Positions 10,801 to 26,100 of a stretch of 64,000 bases of DNA are shown piece after piece. The DNA is from Eledone cirrhosa (Eukaryota). Position 1 is the stretch's first letter, and each line of letters opens with the position of its first letter. Made by a program: the position numbers and the translations under genes. Under the pieces are notes generated by a model. That model was given only the letters and a program-made list of their open reading frames with translations, did no database searches and was not told the origin of the DNA. The stretch covers positions 27,404,001 to 27,468,000 of the forward strand of contig OZ024764.1 of assembly GCA_964016885.1 (NCBI GenBank), written 5' to 3'.

Positions 10801-13800
10801 TCTACCCTTGGGGCTAATAATTGTCATGTAATGTTATGTACATCTCTGCCCCTGTGGCAAATAATTCTGTCATGTAATGTTATGGACATCTCTGTCCCTG
10901 TGGCTAATAATTATGTCATGTAATGTTATGGACATCTCTGCCCCTGTGGCTAATAATTCTGTCATGTAATGTTATGGACATCTCTGCCCCTGTGGCTAAT
11001 AAATTTGTCATGTAATGTTATGGACATCTCTGCACCTGTGGCTAATAAATCTGTCATGTAATGTTATGGACATCTCTGCCCCTGTGGCTAATAATTCTGA
11101 CATGTAATGTTATGGATATCTCTGCCCCTGTGGCTAATAATTCTGAGATAGATGAAACAAGTGAGGGATAAGAGAGAGATGAAACAAGTGAGGGATTAGA
11201 GTGTTGAAACAAGAGAGAGAGAGGAAGAGAGAGTGAGAGCGAGATCAAACGAGAGAGAGAGAGCGAGATGAAATGAGAGAGTGAGAGCGAGATGAAACGA
11301 GAGAGAGAGAGCGAGATGAAATGAGAGAGAGAGAGCGAGATAAAATGAGAGAGAGAGAGCGAGATGAAACGAGACAGAGAGAGCGAGGTGAAACGAGAGA
11401 GAGAGAGAGCGAAATGAAACGAGACAGATTAGAGCGAGATGAAACGAGAGAGAGAGAGCGAGATGAAATGAGAGAGAGAGAGCGAGATGAAACGAGAGAG
11501 TGAGAGCTAGAGGAAACGATAGAGAGAGGAAACGAGAGAGAGAGGAAACGAGAGAGAGGATACGAGAGAGAGGAAACGAGAGTAGAGAGCGAGATTAAAC
11601 AGGAGAGAGAGAGCGAGATGAAACAGGAGAGAGAGAGCGAGATGAAACGAGAGGGAGAGAGAGATGAAACGAGAGAGCGAGAGAGAGATAGAGGGAGATG
11701 AAACGACAGAGAGAGAGACAGATGAAACAAGTGAGGGATAAGAGAGAGATGAAACAAGTGAGGGATTAGAGTGTTGAAACAAGAGAGAGAGAGGAAGAGA
11801 GAGTGAGAGCGAGATCAAACGAGAGAGAGAGAGCGAGATGAAATGAGAGAGTGAGAGCGAGATGAAACGAGAGAGAGAGAGCGAGATGAAATGAGAGAGC
11901 GAGAGCGAGATGAAACGAGACAGAGAGAGCGAGATGAAACGAGAGAGAGAGAGAGCGAAATGAAACGAGACAGATTAGAGCGAGATGAAACGAGAGAGAG
12001 AGAGCGAGATGAAATGAGAGAGAGAGAGCGAGATGAAACGAGAGAGTGAGAGCTAGAGGAAACGAGAGAGAGAGGAAACGAGAGTAGAGAGCGAGATGAA
12101 ACAGGAGAGAGAGAGCGAGATGAAACAGGAGAGAGAGAGCGAGATGAAACAGGAGAGAGAGAGCGAGATGAAACAGGAGAGAGAGAGCGAGATGAAATGA
12201 GAGGGAGAGAGAGATGAAACGAGAGAGCGAGAGAGAGATAGAGGGAGATGAAACGACAGAGAGAGAGACAGATGAAACGAGGGAGATAGAGATGAAACGA
12301 GAGAGAGAGATGAAACGAGAGAGAGGAAGGGAGAGATGGAACGAGAGAGAGGAAGAGAGAGATGGAACGAGAGAGAGGAAGACAGAGATGAAACGAGAGA
12401 GAGAGAGAGCGAGATGAAACGAGAGAGAGGAAGAGAGAGAACGCGAGATGAAACGAGAGAGAGAGAGAGCAAGATGAAACAAGAGAGAGGAAGAGAGAGA
12501 GCGCAAGATGAAACGAGAGAGAGAGAGCGCGAGATGAAAGTCTGTCATGTAATGTTATGGACACATCTGCCCTTGGGGCTAATAATTGTCATTTAATGTT
12601 ATGGAAATCTCTGCCCCTGTGGCTAATAATTCTGTCATGTAATGTTATGGACATCTCTGCCCCTGTGGCTAATAATTCTGTCATGTAATGTTATGGACAT
12701 CTCTGCCCCTGTGGCTAATAAATCTGTCATGTAATGTTATGGACATCTCTGCCCCTGTGGCTAATAATTCTGACATGTAATGTTATGGACATCTCTGCCC
12801 CTGTGGCTAATAAATATGACATGTAATGTTATGGACATCTCTGCCCCTGTGGCTAATAAATCTGTCATGTAATGTTATGGACATCTCTGCCCCTGTGGCT
12901 AATAATTCTGACATGTAATGTTATGGACATCTCTGCCCCTGTGGCTAATAATTCTGAGATAGATGAAACAAGTGAGGGATTAGATAGAGATGAAACAAGT
13001 GAGGGATTAGAGTGTTGAAACAAGAGAGAGAGAGGAAGAGAGAGTGAAAGCGAAATCAAACGAGAGAGAGCGAGATGAAATGAGAGAGTGAGAGCGAGAT
13101 GAAACGAGAGAGAGAGAGAGAGAGCGAGATGAAATGAGAGAGAGAGAGCGAGATGAAATGAGAGAGAGAGAGCGAGATGAAACGAGACAGAGAGAGCGGG
13201 ATGAAACGAGACAGAGAGAGCGAGAGCGAGATGAAACGAGACAGAGAGAGCGAGATGAAACGAGAGAGAGAGAGCGAGATGAAATGAGAGAGAGAGAGCG
13301 AGATGAAATGAGAGAGAGAGAGCGAGATGAAACGAGAGAGTGAGAGCGAGATGGAACGAGACAGAGAGAGCGAGATGAAACGAGAGTGGGAGAGCTAGAT
13401 GAAACGAGAGAGAGAGGAAACGAGAGAGACGAAACGAGAGAGAGGAAACGAGAGTAGAGAGCGAGATGAAACAGGAGAGAGAGAGCGAGATGAAACAGGA
13501 GAGAGAGAGCGAGATGAAACGAGAGGGAGAGAGAGATGAAACGAGAGAGCGAGAGAGAGATAGAGGGAGATGAAACGACAGAGAGAGATACAGATGAAAC
13601 GAGGGAGATAGAGATGAAACGAGAGAGAGAGATGAAACGAGAGAGAGGAAGAGAGAGATGGAACGAGAGAGAGGAAGAGAGAGATGGAACGAGAGAGAGG
13701 AAGACAGAGATGAAACGAGAGAGAGAGAGAGCAAGATGAAACGAGAGAGAGAGATGTAACGAGAGAGAGGAAGAGAGAGATGGAACGAGAGAGAGGAAGA

Positions 13801-16800
13801 GAGAGATGGAACGAGCGAGAGGAAGAGAGAGATGAAACGAGACAGAGAGAGATCGAGATGAAACGAGAGAGAGGAAGAGAGAGAGCGCAAGATGAAACGA
13901 GAGAGAGAGAGAGAGCGGGATGAAACGAGAGAGAGGAAGAGAGAGAGCGCGAGATGAAACGAGAGAGAGGAAGAGAGAGAGCGCGAGATGAAATGAGAGA
14001 GAGAGAGCGAGATGAAATGAGAGATTGAGAGTGAGATGAAACGAGAGAGTGAGAGAGAGCGAGATGAAATGAGAGAGAGAGAGCGAGATGAAATGAGAGA
14101 GAGAGAGCGAGATGAAACGAGACAGAGAGAGCGGGATGAAACGAGACAGAGAGATCGAGATGAAATGAGAGAGAGAGAGCGAGATGAAATGAGAGAGAGA
14201 GAGCGAGATGAAACGAGAGAGTGAGAGCGAGATGGAACGAGTCAGAGAGAGCAAGATGAAACGAGAGAGTGAGAGCTAGATGAAACGAGAGAGAGAGGAA
14301 ACGAGAGAGAGAGGAAACGAGAGAGAGGAAACGAGAGAGAGGAAACGAGAGTAGAGAGCAAGATGAAACAGGAGAGAGAGAGAGCGAGATGAAACCGGAG
14401 AGAGAGAGCGAGATGAAACGAGTGGGAGGGAGAGATGAAACGAGAGAGCGAGAGAGAGATAGAGGGAGATGAAACGAGAGAGTGATAGCTAGACGAAACG
14501 AGAGAGAGAGGAATAGAGAGATGGAACGAGAGAGAGGAAGACAGATATGAAACGAGAGAGAGAGAGCGAGATGAAACTAGAGAGAGGAAGAGAGAGAGCG
14601 CGAGATGAAACGAGAGAGAGAGCGAGATGAAACGAGAGAGAGAGAGAGCGAGATGAAACGAGAGAGAGGAAGAGAGAGAGCGCGAGATGAAAGTCTGTCA
14701 TGTAATGTTATGGACATATCTGCCCCTGGGGCTAATAATTGTCATGTAATGTTATGGACATATCTGCCCTTGGGGCTAATAATTGTCATGTAATGTTATG
14801 TACATCTCTGCCCCTGTGGCAAATAATTCTGTCATGTAATGTTATGGACATCTCTGTCCCTGTGGCTAATAATTATGTCATGTAATGTTATGGACATCTC
14901 TGCCCCTGTGGCTAATAATTCTGTCATGTAATCTTATGGACATCTCTGCCCCTGTGGCTAATAAATTCGTCATGTAATGTTATGGACATCTCTGCCCCTG
15001 TGGCTAATAAATCTGTCATGTAATGTTATGGACATCTCTGCCCCTGTGGCTAATAATTCTGACATGTAATGTTATGGATATCTCTGCCCCTGTGGCTAAT
15101 AATTCTGAGAGAGATGAAACAAGTGAGGGATAAGAGAGAGATGAAACAAGTGAGGGATTAGAGTGTTGAAACAAGAGAGAGAGAGGAAGAGAGAGTGAGA
15201 GCGAGATCAAACGAGAGAGAGAGAGCGAGATGAAATGAGAGAGTGAGAGCGAGATGAAACGAGAGAGAGAGAGCGAGATGAAATGAGAGAGAGAGAGCGA
15301 GATGAAATGAGAGAGAGAGAGCGAGATGAAACGAGACAGAGAGAGCGAGATGAAACGAGAGAGAGAGAGAGCGAAATGAAACGAGACAGATTAGAGCGAG
15401 ATGAAACGAGAGAGAGAGAGCGAGATGAAATGAGAGAGAGAGAGCGAGATGAAACGAGAGAGTGAGAGCTAGAGGAAACGAGAGCTAGAGGAAACGAGAG
15501 AGAGAGGAAACGAGAGAGAGGATACGAGAGAGAGGAAACGAGAGTAGAGAGCGAGATGAAACAGGAGAGAGAGAGCGAGATGAAACAGGAGAGAGAGAGC
15601 GAGATGAAACGAGACAGAGAGAGCGAGATGAAACGAGAGAGAGAGAGAGCGAAATGAAACGAGACAGATTAGAGCGAGATGAAACGAGAGAGAGAGAGCG
15701 AGATGAAATGAGAGAGAGAGAGCGAGATGAAACGAGAGAGTGAGAGCTAGAGGAAACGAGAGAGAGAGGAAACGAGAGTAGAGAGCGAGATGAAACAGGA
15801 GAGAGAGAGCGAGATGAAACAGGAGAGAGAGAGCGAGATGAAACAGGAGAGAGAGAGCGAGATGAAACAGGAGAGAGAGAGCGAGATGAAATGAGAGGGA
15901 GAGAGAGATGAAACGAGAGAGCGAGAGAGAGATAGAGGGAGATGAAACGACAGAGAGAGAGACAGATGAAACGAGGGAGATAGAGATGAAACGAGAGAGA
16001 GAGATGAAACGAGAGAGAGGAAGGGAGAGATGGAACGAGAGAGAGGAAGAGAGAGATGGAACGAGAGAGAGGAAGACAGAGATGAAACGAGAGAGAGAGA
16101 GAGCGAGATGAAACGAGAGAGAGGAAGAGAGAGAACGCGAGATGAAACGAGAGAGAGAGAGAGCAAGATGAAACGAGAGAGAGGAAGAGAGAGAGCGCAA
16201 GATGAAACGAGAGAGAGAGAGCGCGAGATGAAAGCCTGTCATGTAATGTTATGGACACATCTGCCCTTGGGGCTAATAATTGTCATGTAATGTTATGGAA
16301 ATCTCTGCCCCTGTGGCTAATAATTCTGTCATGTAATGTTATGGACATCTCTGCCCCTGTGGCTAATAATTCTGTCATGTAATGTTATGGACATCTCTGC
16401 CCCTGTGGCTAATAAATCTGTCATGTAATGTTATGGACATCTCTGCCCCTGTGGCTAATAATTCTGACATGTAATGTTATGGACATCTCTGCCCCTGTGG
16501 CTAATAAATATGACATGTAATGTTATGGACATCTCTGCCCCTGTGGCTAATAAATCTGTCATGTAATGTTATGGACATCTCTGCCCCTGTGGCTAATAAT
16601 TCTGACATGTAATGTTATGGACATCTCTGCCCCTGTGGCTAATAATTCTGAGATAGATGAAACAAGTGAGGGATTAGATAGAGATGAAACAAGTGAGGGA
16701 TTAGAGTGTTGAAACAAGAGAGAGAGAGGAAGAGAGAGTGAAAGCGAAATCAAACGAGAGAGAGCGAGATGAAATGAGAGAGTGAGAGCGAGATGAAACG

Positions 16801-19800
16801 AGAGAGAGAGAGAGAGAGCGAGATGAAATGAGAGAGAGAGAGCGAGATGAAATGAGAGAGAGAGAGCGAGATGAAACGAGACAGAGAGAGCGGGATGAAA
16901 CGAGACAGAGAGAGCGAGAGCGAGATGAAACGAGACAGAGAGAGCGAGATGAAACGAGAGAGAGAGAGCGAGATGAAATGAGAGAGAGAGAGCGAGATGA
17001 AATGAGAGAGAGAGAGCGAGATGAAACGAGAGAGTGAGAGCGAGATGGAACGAGACAGAGAGAGCGAGATGAAACGAGAGTGGGAGAGCTAGATGAAACG
17101 AGAGAGAGAGGAAACGAGAGAGACGAAACGAGAGAGAGGAAACGAGAGTAGAGAGCGAGATGAAACAGGAGAGAGAGAGCGAGATGAAACAGGAGAGAGA
17201 GAGCGAGATGAAACGAGAGGGAGAGAGAGATGAAACGAGAGAGCGAGAGAGAGATAGAGGGAGATGAAACGACAGAGAGAGATACAGATGAAACGAGGGA
17301 GATAGAGATGAAACGAGAGAGAGAGATGAAACGAGAGAGAGGAAGAGAGAGATGGAACGAGAGAGAGGAAGAGAGAGATGGAACGAGAGAGAGGAAGACA
17401 GAGATGAAACGAGAGAGAGAGAGAGCAAGATGAAACGAGAGAGAGAGATGTAACGAGAGAGAGGAAGAGAGAGATGGAACGAGAGAGAGGAAGAGAGAGA
17501 TGGAACGAGCGAGAGGAAGAGAGAGATGAAACGAGACAGAGAGAGATCGAGATGAAACGAGAGAGAGGAAGAGAGAGAGCGCAAGATGAAACGAGAGAGA
17601 GAGAGAGCGCGAGATGAAACGAGAGAGAGGAAGAGAGAGAGCGCGAGATGAAATGAGAGAGAGAGAGCGAGATGAAATGAGAGATTGAGAGTGAGATGAA
17701 ACGAGAGAGTGAGAGAGAGCGAGATGAAATGAGAGAGAGAGAGCGAGATGAAATGAGAGAGAGAGAGCGAGATGAAACGAGACAGAGAGAGCGGGATGAA
17801 ACGAGACAGAGAGATCGAGATGAAATGAGAGAGAGAGAGCGAGATGAAATGAGAGAGAGAGAGCGAGATGAAACGAGAGAGTGAGAGCGAGATGGAACGA
17901 GTCAGAGAGAGCAAGATGAAACGAGAGAGTGAGAGCTAGATGAAACGAGAGAGAGAGGAAACGAGAGAGAGAGGAAACGAGAGAGAGGAAACGAGAGAGA
18001 GGAAACGAGAGAGAGGAAACGAGAGTAGAGAGCAAGATGAAACAGGAGAGAGAGAGAGCGAGATGAAACCGGAGAGAGAGAGCGAGATGAAACGAGTGGG
18101 AGGGAGAGATGAAACGAGAGAGCGAGAGAGAGATAGAGGGAGATGAAACGAGAGAGTGATAGCTAGACGAAACGAGAGAGAGAGGAATAGAGAGATGGAA
18201 CGAGAGAGAGGAAGACAGATATGAAACGAGAGAGAGAGAGCGAGATGAAACTAGAGAGAGGAGGAGAGAGAGCGCGAGATGAAACGAGAGAGAGAGCGAG
18301 ATGAAACGAGAGAGAGAGAGAGCGAGATGAAACGAGAGAGAGGAAGAGAGAGAGCGCGAGATGAAAGTCTGTCATGTAATGTTATGGACATATCTGCCCC
18401 TGGGGCTAATAATTGTCATGTAATGTTATGGACATATCTGCCCTTGGGGCTAATAATTGTCATGTAATGTTATGTACATCTCTGCCCCTGTGGCAAATAA
18501 TTCTGTCATGTAATGTTATGGACATCTCTGTCCCTGTGGCTAATAATTATGTCATGTAATGTTATGGACATCTCTGCCCCTGTGGCTAATAATTCTGTCA
18601 TGTAATCTTATGGACATCTCTGCCCCTGTGGCTAATAAATTCGTCATGTAATGTTATGGACATCTCTGCCCCTGTGGCTAATAAATCTGTCATGTAATGT
18701 TATGGACATCTCTGCCCCTGTGGCTAATAATTCTGACATGTAATGTTATGGATATCTCTGCCCCTGTGGCTAATAATTCTGAGAGAGATGAAACAAGTGA
18801 GGGATAAGAGAGAGATGAAACAAGTGAGGGATTAGAGTGTTGAAACAAGAGAGAGAGAGGAAGAGAGAGTGAGAGCGAGATCAAACGAGAGAGAGAGAGC
18901 GAGATGAAATGAGAGAGTGAGAGCGAGATGAAACGAGAGAGAGAGAGCGAGATGAAATGAGAGAGAGAGAGCGAGATGAAATGAGAGAGAGAGAGCGAGA
19001 TGAAACGAGACAGAGAGAGCGAGATGAAACGAGAGAGAGAGAGAGCGAAATGAAACGAGACAGATTAGAGCGAGATGAAACGAGAGAGAGAGAGCGAGAT
19101 GAAATGAGAGAGAGAGAGCGAGATGAAACGAGAGAGTGAGAGCTAGAGGAAACGAGAGCTAGAGGAAACGAGAGAGAGAGGAAACGAGAGAGAGGATACG
19201 AGAGAGAGGAAACGAGAGTAGAGAGCGAGATGAAACAGGAGAGAGAGAGCGAGATGAAACAGGAGAGAGAGAGCGAGATGAAACGAGAGGGAGAGAGAGA
19301 TGAAACGAGAGAGCGAGAGAGAGATAGAGGGAGATGAAACGACAGAGAGAGAGACAGATGAAACGAGGGAGATAGAGATGAAACGAGAGAGAGAGATGAA
19401 ACGAGAGAGAGGAAGAGAGAGATGGAACGAGAGAGAGGAAGAGAGAGATGGAACGAGAGAGAGGAAGACAGAGATGAAACGAGAGAGAGAGAGAGCGAGA
19501 TGAAACGAGAGAGAGGAAGAGAGAGAACGCGAGATGAAACGAGAGAGAGAGCAAGATGAAACGAGAGAGAGGAAGAGAGAGAGCGCAAGATGAAACGAGA
19601 GAGAGAGAGCGCGAGATGAAAGTCTGTCATGTAATGTTATGGACATATCTGCCCTTGGGGCTAATAATTGTCATGTAATGTTATGGAAATCTCTGCCCCT
19701 GTGGCTAATAATTCTGTCATGTAATGTTATGGACATCTCTGCCCCTGTGGCTAATAATTCTGTCATGTAATGTTATGAACATCTCTGCCCCTGTGGCTAA

Positions 19801-20176
19801 TAAATCTGTCATGTAATGTTATGGACATCTCTGCCCCTGTGGCTAATAATTCTGACATGTAATGTTATGGACATCTCTGCCCCTGTGGCTAATAAATATG
19901 ACATGTAATGTTATGGACATCTCTGCCCCTGTGGCTAATAAATCTGTCATGTAATGTTATGGACATCTCTGCCCCTGTGGCTAATAATTCTGACATGTAA
20001 TGTTATGGACATCTCTGCCCCTGTGGCTAATAAATCTGTCATGTAATGTTATGGACATCTCTGCCCCTGTGGCTAATAATTCTGACATGTAATGTTATGG
20101 ACATCTCTGCTCCTGTGGCTAATAATTCTGACATGTAATGTTATGGACATCTCTGCCCCTGTGGCTAATAATTCTG
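7830..20176 (+). repeat. Composite satellite, purine-rich arm: 7 GA-rich blocks (~20-24-bp monomer (GA)nGCGAGATGAAAC) alternating with 7 arrays of a 46-bp repeat
   Basis: 46-mer CATGTAATGTTATGGACATCTCTGCCCCTGTGGCTAATAATTCTGT arrays at 8421-9008, 10733-11145, 12542-12956, 14695-15107, 16236-16650, 18369-18781, 19624-20176. Confidence 0.97.
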
Positions 20177-23100
20177 ATTTATTAGCCACAGGGGCAGAGA
20201 TGTCCATAACATTACATGAGAGAATTATTAGCCACAGGGGCATAGATTTCCATAACATTACATGTCAGAATTATTAGCCACAGGGGCAGAGATGTCCATA
20301 ACATTACATGTCAGAATTATTAGCCACAGGGGCAGAGATGTCCATAACATTACATGACAGAATTATTAGCCACAGGGGCAGAGATGACCATAACATTACA
20401 TGACAATTATTAGCCACAGGGTCAGATATGTCAATAACATTACATGACAGAGTTTCATCTTGCGCGCTCTCTCTCTCGTTTCATCTCGCTCTCCCTCTCT
20501 CTCGTTTCATCTCTGTCTTCCTCTCTCTCGTTTCATCTCGCTCTCTCTCTCTCTCGTTTCATCTCTGTCTTCCTCTCTCTCGTTCCATCTCTCACTTCCT
20601 CTCTCTCATTCCATCTCTCTCTTCCTCTCTCTCGTTTCATCTCTATCTCCCTTCTTTCATCTGTCTCTCTCTCTGTCGTTTCATCTCGCGCTCTCTCTCT
20701 CTCTCGTTTCATCTTGCGCTCTCTCTCTCTCTCGTTTCGTCTTGCTCTCTCTCTCTCTCGTTTCATCTCTGTCTTCCTCTCTCTCGTTCCATCTCTCTCT
20801 TCCTCTCTCTCGTTCCATCTCTCTCATCCTCTCTCTCGTTTCATCTCTATCTCCCTCCTTTCATCTGTCTCTCTCTCTGTCGTTTCATCTCGCGCTCTCT
20901 CTCTCTCGTTTCATCTTGCGCTCTCTCTCTCTCGTTTCATCTCGCTCTCTCTCTCGTTTCATCTCTGTCTTCCTCTCTCTCGTTCCATCTCTCTCTTCCT
21001 CTCTCTCGTTCCATCTCTCTCTTCCTCTCTCTCGTTTCATCTCTATCTCCCTTCTTTCATCTGTCTCGCTCTCTGTAGTTTCATCTCGCGCTCTCTCTCT
21101 CTCGTTTCATGTCGCGCTCTCTCTCTCTCGTTTCATCTCGCTCTCTCTCTCTCGTTTCATCTCTGTCTTCCTCTCTCTCGTGCCATCTCTCTCTTCCTCT
21201 CTCTCGTTCCATCTCTCTCTTCCTCTCTCTCGTTTCATCTCTATCTCCCTTGTTTCATCTCTCTCTCGCTCTCTCGTTTCATCTCTCTCTCCCTCTCGTT
21301 TCATCTCGCTCTCTCTCTCATGTTTCATCTCGCTCTCTCTCTCTCGTTTCATCTCTGTCTTCCTCTCTCTCGTTCCATCTCTGTCTTCCTCTCTCTCGTT
21401 CCATCTCTCTCTTCCTCTCCCTCGTTTCATCTCTCTCTCGCTCTCTCGTTTCATCTCTCTCTCCCTCTCATTTCATCTCGCTCTCTCTCTCCTGTTTCAT
21501 CTCGCTCTCTACTCTCGTTTCCTCTCTCTCTCTCGTTTCATCTCTCTCTCCCTCCCGTTTCATCTCGCTCTCTCTCTCTCATTTCATCTCGCTCTCTCTC
21601 TCTCGTTTCATCTCGCTCTCCCTCTCTCGTTTCATCCCGCTCTCACTCTCTCATTTCTTCTCGCTCTCTCTCTCTTGTTTCAACACTCTAATCCCTCACT
21701 TGTTTACTATCTCTCAGAATTATTAGCCACAGGGGCAGAGATGTCCATAACATTACATGTCAGAATTATTAGCCACAGGGGCAGAGATGTCCATAACATT
21801 ACATGACAGAATTATTAGCCACAGGGGCAGAGATGTCCATAACATTACATGTCAGAATTATTAGCCATAGGGGCAGAGATGTCCATAACATTACATGACA
21901 ATTATTAGCCCCAAGGGCAGATATGTCGATAACATTACATGAGAGAGTTTCATCTCGCGCTCTCTCTCTTCCTCTCTCTCGTTTCATCTCTGTCTTCCTC
22001 TCTCTCGTTCCATCTCCCTCTTCCTCTCTCTCGTTCCATCTCTCTCTCCCTCCTTTCATCTGTCTCTCTCTCTGTCGTTTCATCTCGCGCTCTCTCTCTC
22101 TCGTTTCATCTTGCGCTCTCTCTCTCTCGTTTCATCTCCCTCTCTCTCTCTCTCGTTTCATCTCTGTCTTCCTCTCTCTCGTTCCATCTCTCTCTTCCTC
22201 TCTCTCGTTTCATCTCTATCTCCCTCGTTTCATCTCTCTCTCGCTCTCTCGTTTCATCTCTCTCTCCCTCTCGTTTCATCTCGCTCTCTACTCTCGTTTC
22301 CTCTCTGACTCGTTCCATCCCGCTCTCTCTCTCTCTCATTACATCTCGCTCTCTCTGTCTCGTTTCATCTCGCTCTCACTCTCTCGTTTCAACACTCTAA
22401 TCCCTCACTTGTTTTATCTCTCTCTAATCCCCCACTTGTTTCATCTCTCTCAGAATTATTAGCCACAGGGGGAGAGATGTCCATAACATTACATGTAAGA
22501 ATTATTAGCCACAGGGGCAGAGATGTCCATAACATTACATGACAGAATTATTAGCCACAGGGCCAGTGATGTCCATAACATTACATGACAATTATTAGCC
22601 CGAAGGGCAGATATGTCCATAACATTACATGACAGAGTTTCATCTCGCGCTCTCTCTCTTGCTCTCTCTCGTTTCATCTCGCTCTCTCTCTCTCTCGTTT
22701 CATCTCGCTCTCTCGTTTCATCTCGCTCTCTCTCGTTTCATCTCTGTCTTCCTCTCTCTCGTTCCATCTCTCTCTTCCTCTCTCTCGTTCCATCTCTCTC
22801 TTCCTCTCTCTCGTTCCATCTCTCTCTTCCTCTCTCTCGTTTCATTTCTATCTCCCTCCTTTCATCTGTCTCTCTCTCTGTCGTTTCATCTCGCGCTCTC
22901 TCTCTCTCGATTCATCTCGCGCTCTCTCTCTCTCGTTTCATCTCGCTCTCTCTCTCTCTCGTTTCATCTCTGTCTTCCTCTCTCTCGTTCCATCTCTCTC
23001 TTCCTCCCTCTCTTCCTCTCTCTCGTTTCATCACTACCTCCCTCGTTTCATCTCTCTCTCCCTCTCGTTTCATCTCGCTCTCTCTCTCCTGTTTCATCTC

Positions 23101-26100
23101 GCTCTCTACTCTCGTTTCCTCTCTGTCTCGTTCCATCCCGCTCTCTCTCTCTCTCATTACATCTCGCTCTCTCTGTCTCGTTTCATCTCGCTCTCTCTCT
23201 CTCTCGTTTCATCTCGCTCTCACTCTCTCGTTTCATCTCGCGTTTCATCTCACTCTCCCTGTCTCATTTCATCTCGCTCTCTCTCTCTCTCTTCCTCTCT
23301 CTCTCTTGTTTCAACACTCTAATCCCTCACTTGTTTTATCTCTCTCTAATCCCTCACTTGTTTCACCTCTCTAAGAATTATTAGCCACAGGGGCAGAGAT
23401 GTCCATAACATTACATGTCAGAATTATTAGCCACAGGGCAGAGATGTCCATAACATTACATGTCAGAGTTATTAGCCACAGGGGCAGAGATGTCCATAAC
23501 ATTACATGTCAGAATTATTAGCCACAGGGGCGGAGACGTCCATAACATTACATGACAGAATTATTAGCCACAGGGGCAGAGATGACCATAACATTACATG
23601 ACAATTATTAGCCACAGGGGCAGATATATCAATAACATTACATGATAGAGTTTCATCTCGCGCTCTCTCTCTCTCGTTTCATCTCTGTCTTCCTCTCTCT
23701 CGTTCCATCTCTCTCTTCCTCTCTCTCGTTCCATCTCTCTCATCCTCTCTCTCGTTTCATCTCTATCTCCCTCCTTTCATCTGTCTCTCTCTCTGTCGTT
23801 TCATCTCGTGCTCTCTCTCTCTCGTTTCATCTCGCGCCCTCTCTGTCTCGTTTCATCTCGCTCTCTCTCTCTCTCGTTTCATCTCTGTCTTCCTCTCTCT
23901 CGTTCCATCTCTCTCTGTCTCTCCCTCGTTTCATCTCTCTCTCGCTCTCTCGTTTCATCTCTCTCTCCCTCTCGTTTCATCTCGCTCTCTACTCTCGTTT
24001 CCTCTCTGTCTCGTTCCATCCCGCTCTCTCTCTCTCACATTACATCTCGCTCTCTCTGTCTCGTTTCATCTCGCTCTCTCTCTCTCTCGTTTCATCTCGA
24101 TCTCACTCGCTCGTTTCATCTCGCTTCTCTCACTATTGCGTTTCATCTCGCTCTCCCTGTCTCATTTCATCTCGCTCTCTCTCTCTCTCTTCCTCTCTCT
24201 CTCTTGTTTCAACACTCTAATCCCTCACTTGTTTTATCTCTCTCTAATCCCTCCCTTGTTTCATCTCTCTCAGAATTATTAGCCACTGGGGCAGAGATGT
24301 CCATAACATTACATGTCAGAGTTATTAGCCACAGGGGCAGAGATGTCCATAACATTACATGACAATTATTAGCCCCAAGGGCAGATATGTGCATAACATT
24401 ACATGACAGAGTTTCATCTCGCGCTCTCTCTCTCTCGTTTCATCTCGCGCTCTCTCCCTTCCTCTCTCTCGTTTCATCTCGATCTCTCTCTCTCTCGTTT
24501 CACCTTTGTCTTTCATCTCTCTCTTCCTCTCTCTCGTTCCATCTCTCTCTTCCTCTCTCTCGTTTCATCTCTATCTCCCTCCTTTCATCTGTCTCTCTCT
24601 CTGTCGTTTCATCTCGCGCTCTCTCTCTCTCCTTTCATCTCGTGCTCTCTCTCTCTCGTTTCATCTCGCTCTCTCTCTCTCTCGTTTCATCTCTGTCTTC
24701 CTCTCTCTCGTTCCATCTCTCTCTTCCTCTCTCTCTTCCTCTCTCTCGTTTCATCTCTATCTCCCTCGTTTCATCTCTCTCTCCCTCTCGTTTCATCTCG
24801 CTCTCTCTCTCCTGTTTCATCTCGCTCTCTACTCTCGTTTCCTCTCTCTCGTTTCCTCTCTGTCTTGTTCCATCCCGCTCTCTCTCTCTCTCATTACATC
24901 TCGCTCTCTCTGTCTCGTTTCATCTCGCTCTCTGTCTCTCTCGTTTCATCTCGCTCTCACTCTCTCGTTTCATCTCGCGTTTCATCTCACTCTCCCTGTC
25001 TCATTTCATCTCGCTCTCTCTCTCTCTTCCTCTCTCTCTCTTGTTTCAACACTCTAATCCCTCACTTGTTTTATCTCTCTCTAATCCCTCACTTGTTTCA
25101 TCTCTCTCAGAATTATTAGACACAGGGGCAGAGATGTCCATAACATTACATGTCAGAATTATTAGCCACAGGGCAGAGATGTCCATAACATTACATGTCA
25201 GAATTATTAGCCACAGGGGCAGAGATGTCCATAACATTACATGTCAGAATTATTAGCCACAGGGGCGGAGACGTCCATAACATTACATGACAATTATTAG
25301 CCACAGGGGCAGATATATCAATAACATTACATGATAGATTTTCATCTCGCGCTCTCTCTCTCTCTCGTTTCATCTTGCGCTCTCTCTCTCTCGTTTCATC
25401 TTGCTCTCTCTCTCTCTCGTTTCATCTCTGTCTTCCTCTCTCTCGTTCCATCTCTCTATTCCTCTCTCTCGTTCCATCTCTCTCATCCTCTCTCTCGTTT
25501 TATCTGTATCTCCCTCCTTCAATCTGTCTCTCTCTCTGTCGTTTCATCTCGTGCTCTCTCTCTCTCGTTTCATCTCGCGCTCTCTCTGTCTCGTTTCATC
25601 TCGCTCTCTCTCTCTCTCTTGTTTCATCTCTGTCTTCCTCTCTCTCGTTCCATCTCTCTCTTCCTCTTTCTCGTTCCATCTCTCTCTTCCTCTCTCTCGT
25701 TTCATCTCTATCTCCCTCGTTTCATCTCTCTCTCGCTCTCTCGTTTCATCTCTCTCTCCCTCTCGTTTCATCTCCCTCTCTACTCTCGTTTCCTCTCTGT
25801 CTCGTTCCATCCCGCTCTCTCTCTCTCTCATTACATCTCGCTCTCTCTGTCTCGTTTCATCTCGCTCTCTCTCGCTCTCGTTTCATCTCGCTCTCACTCT
25901 CTCGTTTCATCTCGCTTCTCTCACTATTGCGTTTCATCTCGCTCTCCCTGTCTCATTTCATCTCGCTCTCTCTCTCTCTCTTCCTCTTGTTTCAACACTC
26001 TAATCCCTCACTTGTTTTATCTCTCTCTAATCCCTCACTTGTTTCATCTCTCTCAGAATTATTAGCCACAGGGGCAGAGATGTCCATAACATTACATGTC

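Noticed and set aside
7830-20176. GATGAAAC motif as a satellite-encoded hammerhead ribozyme
   Set aside because: The CUGANGA core and flanking stems are not present; the purine-only context cannot form the helices
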